Notes: generated by a model not told the origin, from the sequence alone. Shown: positions 33,792-45,721, counted from the first letter of the stretch. The stretch: DNA of 64,000 bases from an uncultured delta proteobacterium (GCA_963789265.1 CAWBKB010000005.1:384001-448000), one strand, 5' to 3'. A program made the numbers and translations.

Positions 33792-34235
33792 ATGACAAGG
33801 AAAGAAGCCACCGAAAAAATCCGAGCAGCCAAGAAGGAAAAGGGATTGACCTGGGAGCAAATTGCCGAAAAGGTCGGTAGCCATACGGTCTGGGTGACCT
33901 CAGCCTTGCTCGGCCAAAACAGCATGCCCCCGGAGCTGGCTGAAAAGTCAGCAGCGGTTCTGGGCCTGGATAAGTCAGTGGCCGAGGTGCTCCAGGAGTG
34001 TCCGATGAAGGGGTCTCTTGACGCTACGGTTCCCGTTGATCCTCTCGTGTATCGCTTTCACGAGATCACCCAGGTGTATGGGACGACCATGAAGGAGATT
34101 ATTCACGAGATGTTCGGTGACGGCATCATGAGTGCCATTGATTTCGAGATCGATATTCAGAAAAAGACAGATCCAAAGGGCGACCGGGTTGTCGTCACTT
34201 ACAACGGAAAGTTCCTGTCGTACCGCAAATGGTAG
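33792..34235 (+). CDS. cynS: cyanase (cyanate hydratase)
   Basis: DPLVYRFHE...GDGIMSAIDF...GKFLSY. Confidence 0.97.
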   Translation: MTRKEATEKIRAAKKEKGLTWEQIAEKVGSHTVWVTSALLGQNSMPPELAEKSAAVLGLDKSVAEVLQECPMKGSLDATVPVDPLVYRFHEITQVYGTTMKEIIHEMFGDGIMSAIDFEIDIQKKTDPKGDRVVVTYNGKFLSYRKW

Positions 34236-34472
34236 ACGCGTGCCATGCGACGCTAAACAATTTACAACGAGCCTTGTTCCTATCGGTAACGGGGAGTTTC
34301 CTGCAAGTAAACTGCCCTACATTGTATGAGCCGGAATGCCCAGAAATGGAGCTTTCCGGTGTCACTCTGGCTTGCGGAAGCCGTTGAAGTTCAACATTGG
34401 GCGTCATGACCGCCTGATTACTCAGTGTGCTCCCGGACTGACGCCCTGCATTTCCTCTAAGGAGTGGCTCAC

Positions 34473-34772
34473 ATGAGTGCTTTCGTTATCTCCGAGGTCG
34501 AAATCATCAACGAGGATGCTGCAAACCAATATCGTCAGCTTGCAGCGGCTTCCATTGCAACCTACGGTGGCCGTTATCTTGCGCGAGCAGCAGAGGCTAT
34601 AGTAGTCGAGGGCGAGCCAATCCCACGCCGAGTCGTTATCGTAGAATTTTCCTCAATGGAGCAAATTCGCAAGTGGTACGAGTCTCCCGAATACGCGGAA
34701 GCGCTGAAGTTTCGCGACGCAGCCCTGGAAAGGCGACTTATGTTTGTGGAAGGAGCGAGTCCACAAGCCTGA
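34473..34772 (+). CDS. DUF1330 protein
   Basis: YGGRYLAR...VIVEFSS...WYESPEY. Confidence 0.9.
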   Translation: MSAFVISEVEIINEDAANQYRQLAAASIATYGGRYLARAAEAIVVEGEPIPRRVVIVEFSSMEQIRKWYESPEYAEALKFRDAALERRLMFVEGASPQA

Positions 34773-35335
34773 TTCGCGAATGCAATCCACGGCTCGTTTC
34801 GCGTCAGAACGGATTGGTGCTTGTGCAAATGCCGTCGCGCCCTGCCTATGTTGAAAACGCTCGGACGGACATCAACATTTTGCGACCCTGGTCTTCAGGT
34901 ATACGACCGGCGGGCAGAAGCTATAAAGAATCCGACGACGAGGTTAGATTGCATCGTCGGTCAGCGGCAGAGAAGACTACAACACATTGAATGTTCCACA
35001 TAATTCACGCCAAATGGGCCGAGGGATTTGGCATCTCCCGACAACCCCGCCGACTCTCGCCGGAGACGCTACCTCTCACGACTCCCTTTCGGGAGGTTCA
35101 GGCTCGCGGAGACACCTTCTTTTTCACAAGGCTGTCGGGGATACCTCAGAGAGGCAATGCACCGTTTAGGGTGTCCCAGCTCAGGGTGGTTACTGAGTCA
35201 CGTTTGCGCTCACCGTTGCCGGTTGCCTGAACTTGAGGGTTCCGTGATGGCTGTCCTGGGCAGAATCGCCTCCCTTATAGAGCGCTATTCCTTGAACTCT
35301 ATCTCTATTGTCGGGAGCCGTTTGACGCATCCGGC

Positions 35336-35542
35336 TCATTCTTCACCTCTTGCGACTGCTTCTGGAAACCCACAATCAAACAAGCGGAACTCCCTCTTTT
35401 CCATCGGAGTCCCTTGTTGCTTTCCCCGGCAAAAGGTTCCTGCTACTAGCCAACAGTCTCGCCCGTGGTCTGGATATGCCGGACACTTGGCTTTGGTTTC
35501 TGGGGGACAGTTCTTTGCCTCCCAATAATTTTTACCGCTCAT
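35336..35542 (-). pseudogene. two-CW-domain small protein, possibly degraded
   Basis: NYWEAKNC...CPAY...CWLVAGTFCRGKQQG. Confidence 0.55.
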
Positions 35543-36174
35543 TCCAACTCCCTCCCTAAAATGGCATCGTTGTCGATAAGTTTGCTCTGGAACATGAAGA
35601 ATGTCAATTATCATTTTTGTAAGGAATGCCCTCCGAATTGGTGGAAGGCTCTTGTCGCCAACCCCATCAACCTTAAGCAGCCGCAGCGCAGTCTATGCAA
35701 AGACTTTCAGGGCCACAAAAAAATGACCAGGGTGTTCGGGAATAAATTCCGAAAGGGATTGTGGAGTCAGCGCAAATAGAGACGCAGAATAAGCCTTGCG
35801 AAAGAAAACGGACAAAACTCATGGGGATCTTTTTTGGGGAATATCTGCCGGGAGGATGAGCAGAATGGGTATCTTCTTCTCTGCCGAGAATCCTTCGCTC
35901 ATTCCTGGTAAAGACACGATCTCTCTCTAATCCGATCCAGGACGGCGGTTGCCATCGGAGACGAGCCTGAGACAATTTGCGCGTTCTCTTTCCCTCCCCT
36001 TACTTGAGTCCCATTTGTTCTTGAATCTGGCTTGGGCGGCAGTTTCAAGCCCCCGGACAATCTGATCTTTGTGGGGAAAGAATATTGCTACGGAATCCCT
36101 TGAATCATCATCAAGGTAAATGATCAGTTTCGTCAACTGACCCGCACCCACCTGGCAACCGGCGAGCATGAGAT

Positions 36175-36423
36175 TTACTCCATTTGTGAACTCAACTCGG
36201 CTAAAGTGTATCCCACCCGCACAACAGCCCCCACCGGAACGATTTGGGTTAAGAAGCCCTCGCCGTCGGAGACCACGTCGTAAGCGGCCTTTCGCGTTTC
36301 AACAACGCACAGTTGATCGCCGAGAGAGACCCACTCGCCTGAGTTCTTGTACCACTTGCGGACTATAGCCGGAAGATCCCTTGTCGAAAACATCGGCATC
36401 TTCACAAGGTGACGTTTGCTCAT
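36175..36423 (-). CDS. stand-alone lipoyl/biotinyl attachment domain
   Basis: VKMP...KWYKNSGEWV..GDQLCVVETRKA...DGEG. Confidence 0.75.
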   Translation of the reverse strand: MSKRHLVKMPMFSTRDLPAIVRKWYKNSGEWVSLGDQLCVVETRKAAYDVVSDGEGFLTQIVPVGAVVRVGYTLAELSSQME

Positions 36424-36949
36424 GGATTTCTCTCCCAGAGAGAAGGTGTTTGTCTCTTACTCTGGTCGAACGTCGATACTTCAAAAAGGCTCTTTTCGAG
36501 AACTATTTGATGGAGCCTGAGGTGTACCGTTCCTTAATGTAATCCAAATGGACCCACCTCGTCTTGGCTTAAGCGTCCAATTCGGCGGAGTTGACCCTCC
36601 GCCAGAGTGTCACACGTGAACGCGGCATCTAGCAATTGTCGTGCCAAAAACTTTATTAACCGAGTAGGAATTTGGATAACGGCGGACAGGCATGTCGTTA
36701 GATGCTCTACGGGAAGGAGATGGACTCTCGGGCCTGTTGAGATCGTCCCTCGAAACGAGAAACAGTATCGCATCAGATTCAAACCGAATTGACGGAACCT
36801 TTGTTCAAAACCAGGGGATTTTCGTGATTCATGGATAGTGAGACCGTTGGGGTATTGTTCCCCACCCGTTGAAACAGTTCGGTGTGATGCCCCGCCACTC
36901 ACCCCCCTATAGCCCGATTTCCCCGTCCGTGCGGTAGCATGCCGGGGCC

Positions 36950-37659
36950 GCGACCCCGACATCATCGTGAATGCTCGTCGCATCAACAGCGGCTTGATGC
37001 CTCGACTTCAGCCCAATGCCGAGGGAAGGAACGATTTCTATTTCATCGAGAAGACGGAGCCGGAAGTAGCGCTCCGAATAATTTTGGATTTCGTCGGCAG
37101 TAGAATCAGAAACGCGTTCGGATTCGATCCGATTGACGAGGTTCATATCCTGACTCCGATGAATCGGGGCTTGGTTGGAACAACCAACCTCAATGTCGAG
37201 CTTCAGAAGGCTCTCAATCCGAGAGAGGACGGGGTAACGAGGGGCGGCAGGAACTTCCGGTTCGATGACAAGGTGATGCAGATCAGGAACAACTATGACA
37301 AAGAGGTCTTCAACGGGGATATTGGGCGAATTATTCGGATTGAGACGGAAATGCAGGAGCTGACGATCACGTTCGATGGGCGATCCGTGGTCTACGATTA
37401 CTCAGACCTGGACGAGTTGGTCCTCGCCTACGCTGTCTCAGTCCACAAGGCGCAGGGCTCCGAATACCCTTGCGTGGTGATTCCCCTCCTGACTCAGCAC
37501 TATATCCTGCTGCAACGGAACCTGTTATACACTGCCATCACGAGAGGAAAGAGACTGGTCATCGTGGTGGGGAGCAAGAAGGCTTTGGCTATTGCGGTCA
37601 AGAATGACAAGACCCAGAAGAGGTTCACGTGGCTGAGGAATCGGCTACGCCCCTTGTAA
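36950..37659 (+). pseudogene. recD2: RecD2-like helicase, C-terminal fragment
   Basis: DKVMQIRNNYDKEVFNGDIG, AYAVSVHKAQGSEY, RNLLYTAITRG; N-terminus absent. Confidence 0.85.
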
Positions 37660-37931
37660 TAGTCCTTGTCCAATCAAAGGATTTATTGAACTCTGAGAGG
37701 CGCATTGTACGAATCGGTCGGCAAATTATCAGCCAGAAAGTTCCTTCGGCACGGGCTACAAGAAGGGTCTCATGATCAAGCTCACACGATCTTGGGCTGG
37801 GCACCAACTGGCTTTCATAGAATACCTTGTGGTATTCTCTCGGACCGTCGGCGCGGTAAGGTCGGAAAGGTTGATAGCCTTTCTCCCGATCACGTGCAAA
37901 GGGTCGAAAAGTTTCCGCGGACGGCCAGAAA

Positions 37932-39215
37932 ATGGCGGCAAGAATGGCTATATCCAAAGTTGACTATCTCAACGATAAGCTCGCTAAGATTTTCAAGATG
38001 GGGTGCGAGTCGGACGGAAGCTTTGCGAATCGTCGTGTAATTATTGGTTCTGGAAAACTCGCCTTTTTACTCTGTGATCAAACCATTGATGCCTATGAAG
38101 ATGTTGTGAAGACTCTGTTGGCGGACGAAGACTGGAGTTCTCGTTTTTCAGAGAAGTTCATCGAGGAAGGCTTGAACCGAATTCTGTTGACGATGACCGA
38201 AGAAATGACCTCAGCCAATCTCAAAATACATGTGACTCATCTCATTGAAGATTTGCAAAGTTACTCAAAAGAGCACGTTGTCTATATTCCCCTGACGGGG
38301 GTACAAATTGAGGGCGAACCAGTCCGCATTGGAAATGTCACTATCAAGGAAATAACAGATGATGAATTGGTTTCAATATTAGAGAGGTGGGAGAGGCATT
38401 TTCCTGAAGTATCAGGGGGCTCAATTGAGAGACAAAACAATATCAGGAGCACCCAGCGGAACATAGTTGAAGCTTTGCGCGGGACTACCGTTACAGAATT
38501 CCATGTAATTTCTGAACCTATTAGAGCAAGAGAAAGGGCCTTAGAAGAAACTGGGCGAATCCTAGATATTCTGCGCTACTCCATTCCAGCTTTGTACCCA
38601 CCTGATAGTGATGTGAAGATCGGTATAATGGGTGATCTGTTTAAAGGGCCTGTAACGCAGCTAGTTCTTGCAACTGATTCCACCGGCCTGAACAAAAACC
38701 AGGAATGGGTGGGTCCGTTACAACCTCTGCGCCTGACACCAGAAAACCGTGAACACATGCTTTCTATGGGAGTTTTTCGCTTAAGTGGCATATTGCAGAA
38801 GCGGTATAGTGATGTGAATGATTTTGAGCGAGCCTTACTTCGTGGGTTACACTGGTATGCAAATGCTCAAACCCGAAATGATCCTGCAGACCGATTACGT
38901 GATTTGGTTACGTGCTTGGAAGTATACCTTACTCCGAAAGATGGAAATCCGATAGGCACGGCAGTTGCTGAGGCAGCGGCAATAATTGTCGCGAGTGATC
39001 TTCAAGACCGAAAACGCATCAAGAAAAAAATAAAGGAATTATACAGCTCAAGAAGCGCAGTGTCGCATGGTGGCCGAACATCGGTTTTGAATCAGGACGT
39101 GCATGATCTTGGGCAAATTGCCGGGCAGCTTACAATGATTCTTATCAACAGATCACATGAGTTCACGACTAGGAAAGACTTACTTGAATGGGTTGAGAAC
39201 CAGAAGCTCGGCTGA
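37932..39215 (+). CDS. Apea-like HEPN domain protein
   Basis: C-terminal LVTCLE...ELYSSRSAVSHGG (R-x4-H). Confidence 0.75.
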   Translation: MAARMAISKVDYLNDKLAKIFKMGCESDGSFANRRVIIGSGKLAFLLCDQTIDAYEDVVKTLLADEDWSSRFSEKFIEEGLNRILLTMTEEMTSANLKIHVTHLIEDLQSYSKEHVVYIPLTGVQIEGEPVRIGNVTIKEITDDELVSILERWERHFPEVSGGSIERQNNIRSTQRNIVEALRGTTVTEFHVISEPIRARERALEETGRILDILRYSIPALYPPDSDVKIGIMGDLFKGPVTQLVLATDSTGLNKNQEWVGPLQPLRLTPENREHMLSMGVFRLSGILQKRYSDVNDFERALLRGLHWYANAQTRNDPADRLRDLVTCLEVYLTPKDGNPIGTAVAEAAAIIVASDLQDRKRIKKKIKELYSSRSAVSHGGRTSVLNQDVHDLGQIAGQLTMILINRSHEFTTRKDLLEWVENQKLG

Positions 39216-39374
39216 TCGATTTTCGATGATTTCATTCCGAGATGATTCGCTCCGGGGTTCCAGGGAAAACAAGAAGTTTACTAAGCAGTGTTGCCATTCG
39301 GGTTTAGACAAATCATGTAGAGAATCATCGTAAGTTGCAAAACGACATACTCAGTTTTGGAAATGGAGGTTGTC

Positions 39375-40127
39375 ATGAGAGAGAGGGTTTCCATCGAAAA
39401 GATCCCCAAATCAGAAAAATTAACTAATTATCTCAAGAAGGTACGTGATGTCACCGATCACCCAATAGAGGTCGAAAATATTCCCAATGATGAGTCGGTC
39501 GGGCCTCCATTTTCAAGCAGAAAAGAAAACAACACGTTTATAATACAAGTTCATGTAACGGCTTTCCGACCCCAAGAAGAATTTTTTGAACAGGGAGTTG
39601 CCCATGAGGCAACGCACGATAGGCTGTCTGTGGAAGGTTACGAACGGGCAGATTTTCTGAGAGAACCGGAAGAAGTTGAGAGATTTTGCGTGAATTGGCT
39701 ATTCACAATGATTGAGGACATTCCTGTATATGAACGGCTGCACAGTGCTGGTTTCCCCGTGTGTGATTTACCGTCACTTAAAGCAACAGAGAAATTCATG
39801 CAATTACTGCATCAGTATGATCCTGCTGTACCACCTCCAATGTCTCGCAGCTTTCCGCAAGATATTCGGCTGCAAAGAATGATAAGAGTAACTCGGCTTG
39901 TCCTAGGGGCTGAGATGGTCCGATATTCAAGTTCTGGGGATCCGTGCCTTGAGTTGATGACAGAGTATTTGAGCCTGCACGGGGCGAAATTGCCTGAAGA
40001 CGCAAAATGGGCTAAGTGCATAACAGAGATCGTGCGATCTCATGGTGTAGATACTCCTGAAAGGTTTCGGACCACTGTAAACCTAGTAGCCCAAGAATGG
40101 AAATTAGAGGACCTCATTCAGTATTAA
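39375..40127 (+). CDS. HExxH zincin-like hypothetical protein
   Basis: VAHEATH plus downstream MIEDIPV; GGAGG RBS. Confidence 0.6.
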   Translation: MRERVSIEKIPKSEKLTNYLKKVRDVTDHPIEVENIPNDESVGPPFSSRKENNTFIIQVHVTAFRPQEEFFEQGVAHEATHDRLSVEGYERADFLREPEEVERFCVNWLFTMIEDIPVYERLHSAGFPVCDLPSLKATEKFMQLLHQYDPAVPPPMSRSFPQDIRLQRMIRVTRLVLGAEMVRYSSSGDPCLELMTEYLSLHGAKLPEDAKWAKCITEIVRSHGVDTPERFRTTVNLVAQEWKLEDLIQY

Positions 40128-40208
40128 CGCCCCAATTGCCTCACATCAATCTTCGGAGCGACCTGAAGTAAAAAGCCTTTTGATACGTTGGAAGCCGCCC
40201 CGGATCCG

Positions 40209-40270
40209 TGGCGTCATTTTGGCGTCGCTTTTGACGCCACCATAGTGCTTGATAGTGATCGATAGTGACT
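40209..40270. repeat. integrase arm-type repeats at the island end
   Basis: TGGCGTC twice plus inverted GACGCCA; ATAGTG three times in tandem. Confidence 0.55.
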
Positions 40271-40321
40271 TAAATCTTCAAGGAAATCGTGGCGTAGCCG
40301 GTTGTAGAGTGTTGAGTGATG

Positions 40322-40362
40322 TGCCGTGTGAAGGCAGTGCTCTCCCCCTGAGCTACCCGCCC
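40322..40362 (-). tRNA. 5' half only of tRNA-Val(CAC); probable island attachment site
   Basis: GGGCGGGTAGCTCAGGGGGAGAGCACTGCC-TT-CAC-AC-GGCA, then no T-arm or acceptor 3' strand. Confidence 0.85.
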
Positions 40363-40373
40363 AGTAGTCTCTG

Positions 40374-40403
40374 AAACTACACTTGGATAGCACCTTTTGT
40401 CAA
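40374..40403 (-). promoter_or_regulatory. sigma70-like promoter of the tRNA-Val half gene
   Basis: TTGACA-N18-TAGTTT ending ~11 bp upstream of the tRNA 5' end. Confidence 0.55.
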
Positions 40404-40515
40404 GACGGAAGATCAGTGTATAAATTATCCTTGCTTAATCAATTCAGTATATGATATTATTAAATAAAATGATGAAGTACCCTTTCTGACTCGAACTTGC
40501 TCCAGGAAGAAACTC

Positions 40516-40881
40516 ATGAGAAAAAGCTGCTTGATCCTCGGTCTCTGTGCTGTGTTTTTGGCTGTATGCCTGTGCGCTTGGGCCGCCCCGCCCATTGGAG
40601 TCAAAGTCATACCGGAAAGCGTTGATTGGCCCCTGGTAAGACCCGCGCCCTATAGGTCTCCCAAAAAAGAGCTCCGCCAAGAAGACATTTACGAGCTGAC
40701 TTTCGGAGTCCGAAGATGGTTGTCCGGCATCGAACCTCCTGACGGGATAAACTTCCAAAATACGCTTTACGAGTCATACAAATGGTTGGATCTCTATGGA
40801 TGTTATGGGGTCCTGGGAAACGGGGAGGACGTATTCACCAGGCAAGGGGCCAGGTTCAGACGGCTCGATCGGGGCCGCTGA
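40516..40881 (+). CDS. secreted hypothetical protein, possibly truncated
   Basis: Signal-peptide-like N-terminus; overlaps the end of the convergent plsB-like gene. Confidence 0.45.
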   Translation: MRKSCLILGLCAVFLAVCLCAWAAPPIGVKVIPESVDWPLVRPAPYRSPKKELRQEDIYELTFGVRRWLSGIEPPDGINFQNTLYESYKWLDLYGCYGVLGNGEDVFTRQGARFRRLDRGR

Positions 40882-43562
40882 CCGATTCCGTCGCGAGGAC
40901 ATGACCCAGGAATTCCAGCAGCTTTTCTCTGTGGGCAGCATCTGTAACCGCCCCCAAGTATTTTCTTGATGCCCGGTATTCCAAGATGCCCATCTCAAAA
41001 AAACGAGTCAAGGCATTGCCCACGGTGATTGAAGACAGAGACGGCAAAGGGCGCTCATCATCAGGACCACGCAGATCCTGAGCGATTTTCATCATCTTCT
41101 TCATGACTATTTTTTGTGAGACACCGCCTTGCTCTCCGGTTTCTGCGGCTAGAAGCGCCAGATAGTATACCTCAAGCATATCCCACATAATTCCGCTCAA
41201 ACACTCCAACGGCTCTCGGTTCACAACGGAAATTTGGTCTTCAGCCTCTCGCCGCACCCATCCTTGGTCGAGGAACCAACCTAAAGTTTCTGTCCAACAC
41301 TGTATCGTCATCCGTTAAAGGATTAATTATCAGCTCCTTCGAGCATATTTGTCTCAGGAGTTGAAATTCTCCGCGTTTGCCCGGGTCAATATTCACAGGG
41401 CCGGCGCCACCCCGAGTCAAGAGTATCGAAAGAAGGGATGCGGACCAGAGATAATTGACCAGGGAATTCTTGTAGAATCCCAGGTTGGCTCTTTTTTGCT
41501 CCTCAATGAGATAAACGATTTCAGCGTCGGGTGCCGAGGAAGCCTCAACGGCCACAAATCCGCGGTTCCTGAACAGTTCGAGAGCTTTTTCCAAGGCAGC
41601 TTGCCGATCGGCAAGGCTTTCCGCAAATTCAAATCCGCCTCTTCCGAGTACTTCAGACAAGTATTCGACTGCCTTGAAAAAGTATCCTCGGCTCACTTTA
41701 TGCGATCCCATACAGACCAGTGCGGCTGCGGCCAGATCTATCGGCGTAACAACCCCCACGCGCACAATCCCGTGCGTAAGATAATACGCGAAATCGTGCA
41801 GCAACCTGCGGTTTTCTTTCAGGGATGTCTGGGCAGGGGCAGACCGTACGGCTCGTTCGCGGCAAAAGGCGCGAAACGAGACAGGCTCATGAAAGCGAAC
41901 GTAAACCTTGCCAAACTTCCGTTTGAGGATCTCTCGGGCACGGATCACCGACAGAAAGCTCTCCTTCTCTTTGTCCCGGCCTCGCAACTCTCGCAGATAA
42001 GCCTTTTCCTCGGGTACTTGATCGTAGCCGATGAAGGTGGGGACAAAGGTCAAGTCCTCGACAGCCTCCTCTTCAACAGCTTGCAACAGGAAAGCGAGCA
42101 TTCCCACCCTGGGGGGCATGAGTTTCCCGGTCCGACTTCTTCCCCCTTCAATATAGAAGTTAATGTTCACCTTCTCTCTTACCAGGGTCTTCACATACGC
42201 TGCGAACACATGGGTGTAAAGCCCCAGTCCCTTGAAAGAGCGTCTCAGAAAAAAGGCCCCTGCTTTGCGCAGCAGCGTGCCGACCGGCCAGAAAGAAAGG
42301 TTCTTGCCCGCGCCCATATAAGGAACAGCCATCTGGTTGACAAAGGTCAGGTATCCGATGAGCAGATAATCGAAATGGCTCTTATGCGAAGAGACAATGA
42401 TCAGAGATCCTTGTGCATTTATCCCTTTGAGGGTGGAAAAAGCAGAGGGCTTGAGATCTATCCCGTCGAAGACTTTGGAAAACAGCCATTTCAGGAGGTA
42501 GTAAAGAAAATGTAAAGCTTGAATATGCTGATCCGCAGCGATTTCTTCAATATAGGATTCTGCTTGTTTCCGAAGCTTCTTTTCCGTCGTGCCTTCTCCC
42601 GAAGCTTTTTCCGTGACCATCCCGTGAAGTCGGGGATCCTGAAGCACACGTTCCTTGATCTCGGTCCGAGACAACCTTTCAGGTCCTCGGCTCACCCTAA
42701 TCCTGTCATTAATTCTCTTTATGAGCTTTTGGCGAACATCGAATGGGATTTCTTCAAGGGATTTGCCCGAGCCGAACTCCTCGAATTCCCCTACAAGATT
42801 GATCGGCTCACCTACCATGAACTCAGGCACGGTCCACTTCCGGAAAGCGATCAAGAGCCGTTTCAGGGGACCCGGCCTGTCAGGGTCACCGAGGAAACTT
42901 TCCCAGAATGGGCGGATAGCGGGCCTGGGGGTTCTGTCATAAAGGATCGTCATGGGCACTAGCACGATGGGAGCTGCCATGCGCCCTTGGAGATCGACCA
43001 GGATCTGAATTGGGTCGAGGTCCGGATGGACGTATCGCGTGCGCGAGGTTTTCTCGTCCACCAGGAACATCACGCCCAACCCTTTTGCCTCAAGGATTTC
43101 CTTGACCACATTCTCGTCGACCGCGACAGGACGCCTGCGTTCATGTATAATTCCGGCGAGCCTCGCTTTCCAAACGCTTACAAATTTGCCCAGGGAGCCG
43201 GCGCTCCACGCGGACATCCCGAATACAAAGGCAGGTAACGGCAGTCCGAGTTCCACAAAACGCATTCTGAGGAATTGCAGATCGTAAACGCTTCGATATT
43301 TCAGAGCGTAGACGAGCAGGCCGTCTCGGGCAAGATCCTGAAGTCTCTGCACATCCAACGGGTCGATCCGGACGTTGGCCGAAAGAACGGAAACAAGTTT
43401 CCTCATTAGCCATGAGGGCTCTTCATCGAGAACCCCGGCAACATGGTGAAAGCGTCCGTTGTGAAGGAACAAGGGGACTACCCGGCTCATGGGGAACAGC
43501 GTGACCTCTCTTTGTTTATAGGTGATGCTCCGCGCCGGCATTGACAATCCCCGGCGATCCAC
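40856..43562 (-). CDS. plsB: glycerol-3-phosphate acyltransferase PlsB-like; frameshift near 41285
   Basis: SHKSHFD, GAFFLRR, YIEGGRSRTG. Confidence 0.85.
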
Positions 43563-43791
43563 ACCCTCTTTGGTGATTATCCGAGCATTACGTGACCCGG
43601 AATGGGCCTCAATTCCTTACCGACGGGACGCGCTCGCGGGCCGTCCCTTCTTGGAGATCAAGCTATCAAATCTATAGGCTCATGGGCAACCCGGTATTTT
43701 TTATTTCGGTGACTGAAAACGAGCTGCTTTCAAAAGAAAGGTTTTCTCGGAGTCGTTTTATGGTATATAGATAACTTCCTTACGTTACAGG

Positions 43792-44257
43792 ATGACGAGC
43801 ATGACGAAGCAAGCCACACAAAAGATAGCCCCTTTCGCCTTCCTGTTAGTTTTTGGGCTCCTCCGGGTAACCGCGGTGGCCGCGGACTATCTGGATTACT
43901 ACGAGCAAGGGGAATTCGCTCTGCGCGTCCAGAAGTGGGATCGGGCCATAGCTCTGTTCACAAAATCCATACAGGATAATCCGAAATTTTACGTAGCTTT
44001 CCACAACCGGGCAATAGCTTATTCCAAGAAAGGCCTATACGACAAGAGCATCGCGGATCTGACGAAGGCAATTCAGCTAAACCCCGACTACCCGGACGCG
44101 TACGGCCTCATGGGGATACTTTACGAGATTAAGAAAGATTATCCCTCAGCGTTGCGCGTATACGAACAAGCCCTGGCGCGTGAGAAACGACCCGAGGTAC
44201 AAAAAAACCCTTCGCAGATATATTACGGAGGTGAAGGCCAAGGTGCCGAAGAAATGA
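43792..44257 (+). CDS. TPR protein with signal peptide; +1 frameshift near 44200
   Basis: Three TPR units; corrected end TLRRYITEVKAKVPKK*. Confidence 0.8.
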
Positions 44258-44508
44258 GTAGTTCCGGATAGGGAATCAGACCGGGCGATTCTAATAGGAT
44301 CAGGAATGGAGTAAAAAGTCCGGTCGGCATCGAGTAGGAGAGTGTTGACGGGGCAGGAAAGTCTCAGTTATCGAACAAGGGGCAGGTTTTTCAAGAAAAG
44401 GGAAACTTTTGCTTGTTGTTTTTGCTTCCTGCTAGTGATAACATTCAAAAGATTATACGATTTGCCCGGTTGCACCCCGGCAAATTTGAGATAAAGGAGG
44501 TCTTTCGT

Positions 44509-44826
44509 ATGCCTACGCTGGAGATCGAAGGTAAAACCTTTGAAGTTGATGAAGACGGGTTTCTCCAAGACCCCAACCTGTGGAACGAGGAAGTTGCGGC
44601 CCTTTTCGCCAAGACCGAAGGAATCCAGGAGATGACGGACGAGCACTGGAAAGTTGTCCATTACCTCAGAAATTATTACTTGGAATTCAACATCGCTCCC
44701 ATGATTCGGAAGGTCTGCAAGGACACCGGCTTCAAACTGAAGAAGATCTACGAACTGTTTCCCTCCGGGCCGGCTAAGGGAGCTTGTAAGGTGGCGGGGC
44801 TACCGAAGCCTACAGGTTGCGTTTAA
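44509..44826 (+). CDS. dsrC: DsrC sulfur-carrier protein
   Basis: VDEDGFL...LFPSGPAKGACKVAGLPKPTGCV (C-x10-C); AAGGAGG RBS. Confidence 0.93.
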   Translation: MPTLEIEGKTFEVDEDGFLQDPNLWNEEVAALFAKTEGIQEMTDEHWKVVHYLRNYYLEFNIAPMIRKVCKDTGFKLKKIYELFPSGPAKGACKVAGLPKPTGCV

Positions 44827-45214
44827 TTCCATACCGCATCCCCGGGAGGTCCGGTCTGATTCTGCCGTCCTTGCACAGCCTTCGGCCTTTACCTCCTGGG
44901 GGTGCATAACATCTCTAGTCCAACTGTGCCCTTCAAGGGATCGGTTTGCGAGTCAACGCCCTGAGCTTGTGAAATGTGGCTCGCCGATCCTCCCGAAGGG
45001 AGTAGTCTATTCGGAAGGGCCTGGTCAAACACTGATAGGCCATGCGCCTTCTTTAGCGTAGGATCGAATGAGTGGGGGGCAAAAGGACTGGATAGATTCA
45101 CGCCTTAGAGGTTTGATGCTGCTCGAGCCAAGCCGGATGATGCGTCATACCTTGAAAACCACCCATCAAAAGCAAAAAACCGCGTAAAGGGGTTTGATCC
45201 AAACTTCAGAGTTC

Positions 45215-45721
45215 CTATTTCGCAAAAAGAGCAGCAAGGCCGTGGGGCCCGCCGACTCTGCGCTTCATATTCATGGCTGCCTGTTTCTGCTTCTGACGTG
45301 CCTGGAAAGCTGCTAACTCCATTTGGGCATCCGCGGCCAGCCGATTCGCCCTGGCGGTCAAGCTCACGAGCTGCCTCTGCAACGCTAGCAGAGTTCGCGT
45401 GCAGTTGGTGATGTCAAGAGACGGGACTATATTGACATTGCCTTGAACGTCACGAAGAACCTCAGGCTTGGTGGCATTGGAGATGCACTGCTGAGCGACT
45501 CGAATCTGACTGTTCACGGCCGCAATTTGCTGGTTGACAATGTTTTCCCTGATTCGAACAGCACTAGGGATTCCTATCGAAGGAACAGCAGGTCTTGCCG
45601 ACGCACCGGGCCCTGCCGGGGGCGCTAAGGAGGGTATCGTTTGCTGCCCCGCTGCCGGCAAAACAAGACATAGGGCCAAAAGCCCGAGAATGCACAATGG
45701 TTTCAGAATTGGCGTCATCAT
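45215..45721 (-). CDS. secreted hypothetical protein
   Basis: Signal peptide and coiled-coil-like composition. Confidence 0.55.
   Translation of the reverse strand: MMTPILKPLCILGLLALCLVLPAAGQQTIPSLAPPAGPGASARPAVPSIGIPSAVRIRENIVNQQIAAVNSQIRVAQQCISNATKPEVLRDVQGNVNIVPSLDITNCTRTLLALQRQLVSLTARANRLAADAQMELAAFQARQKQKQAAMNMKRRVGGPHGLAALFAK

Noticed and set aside
34337..34402. Possible attC upstream of the DUF1330 gene
   Set aside because: The AAC and GTT triplets are both broken and no integron integrase is present; at most a relic.
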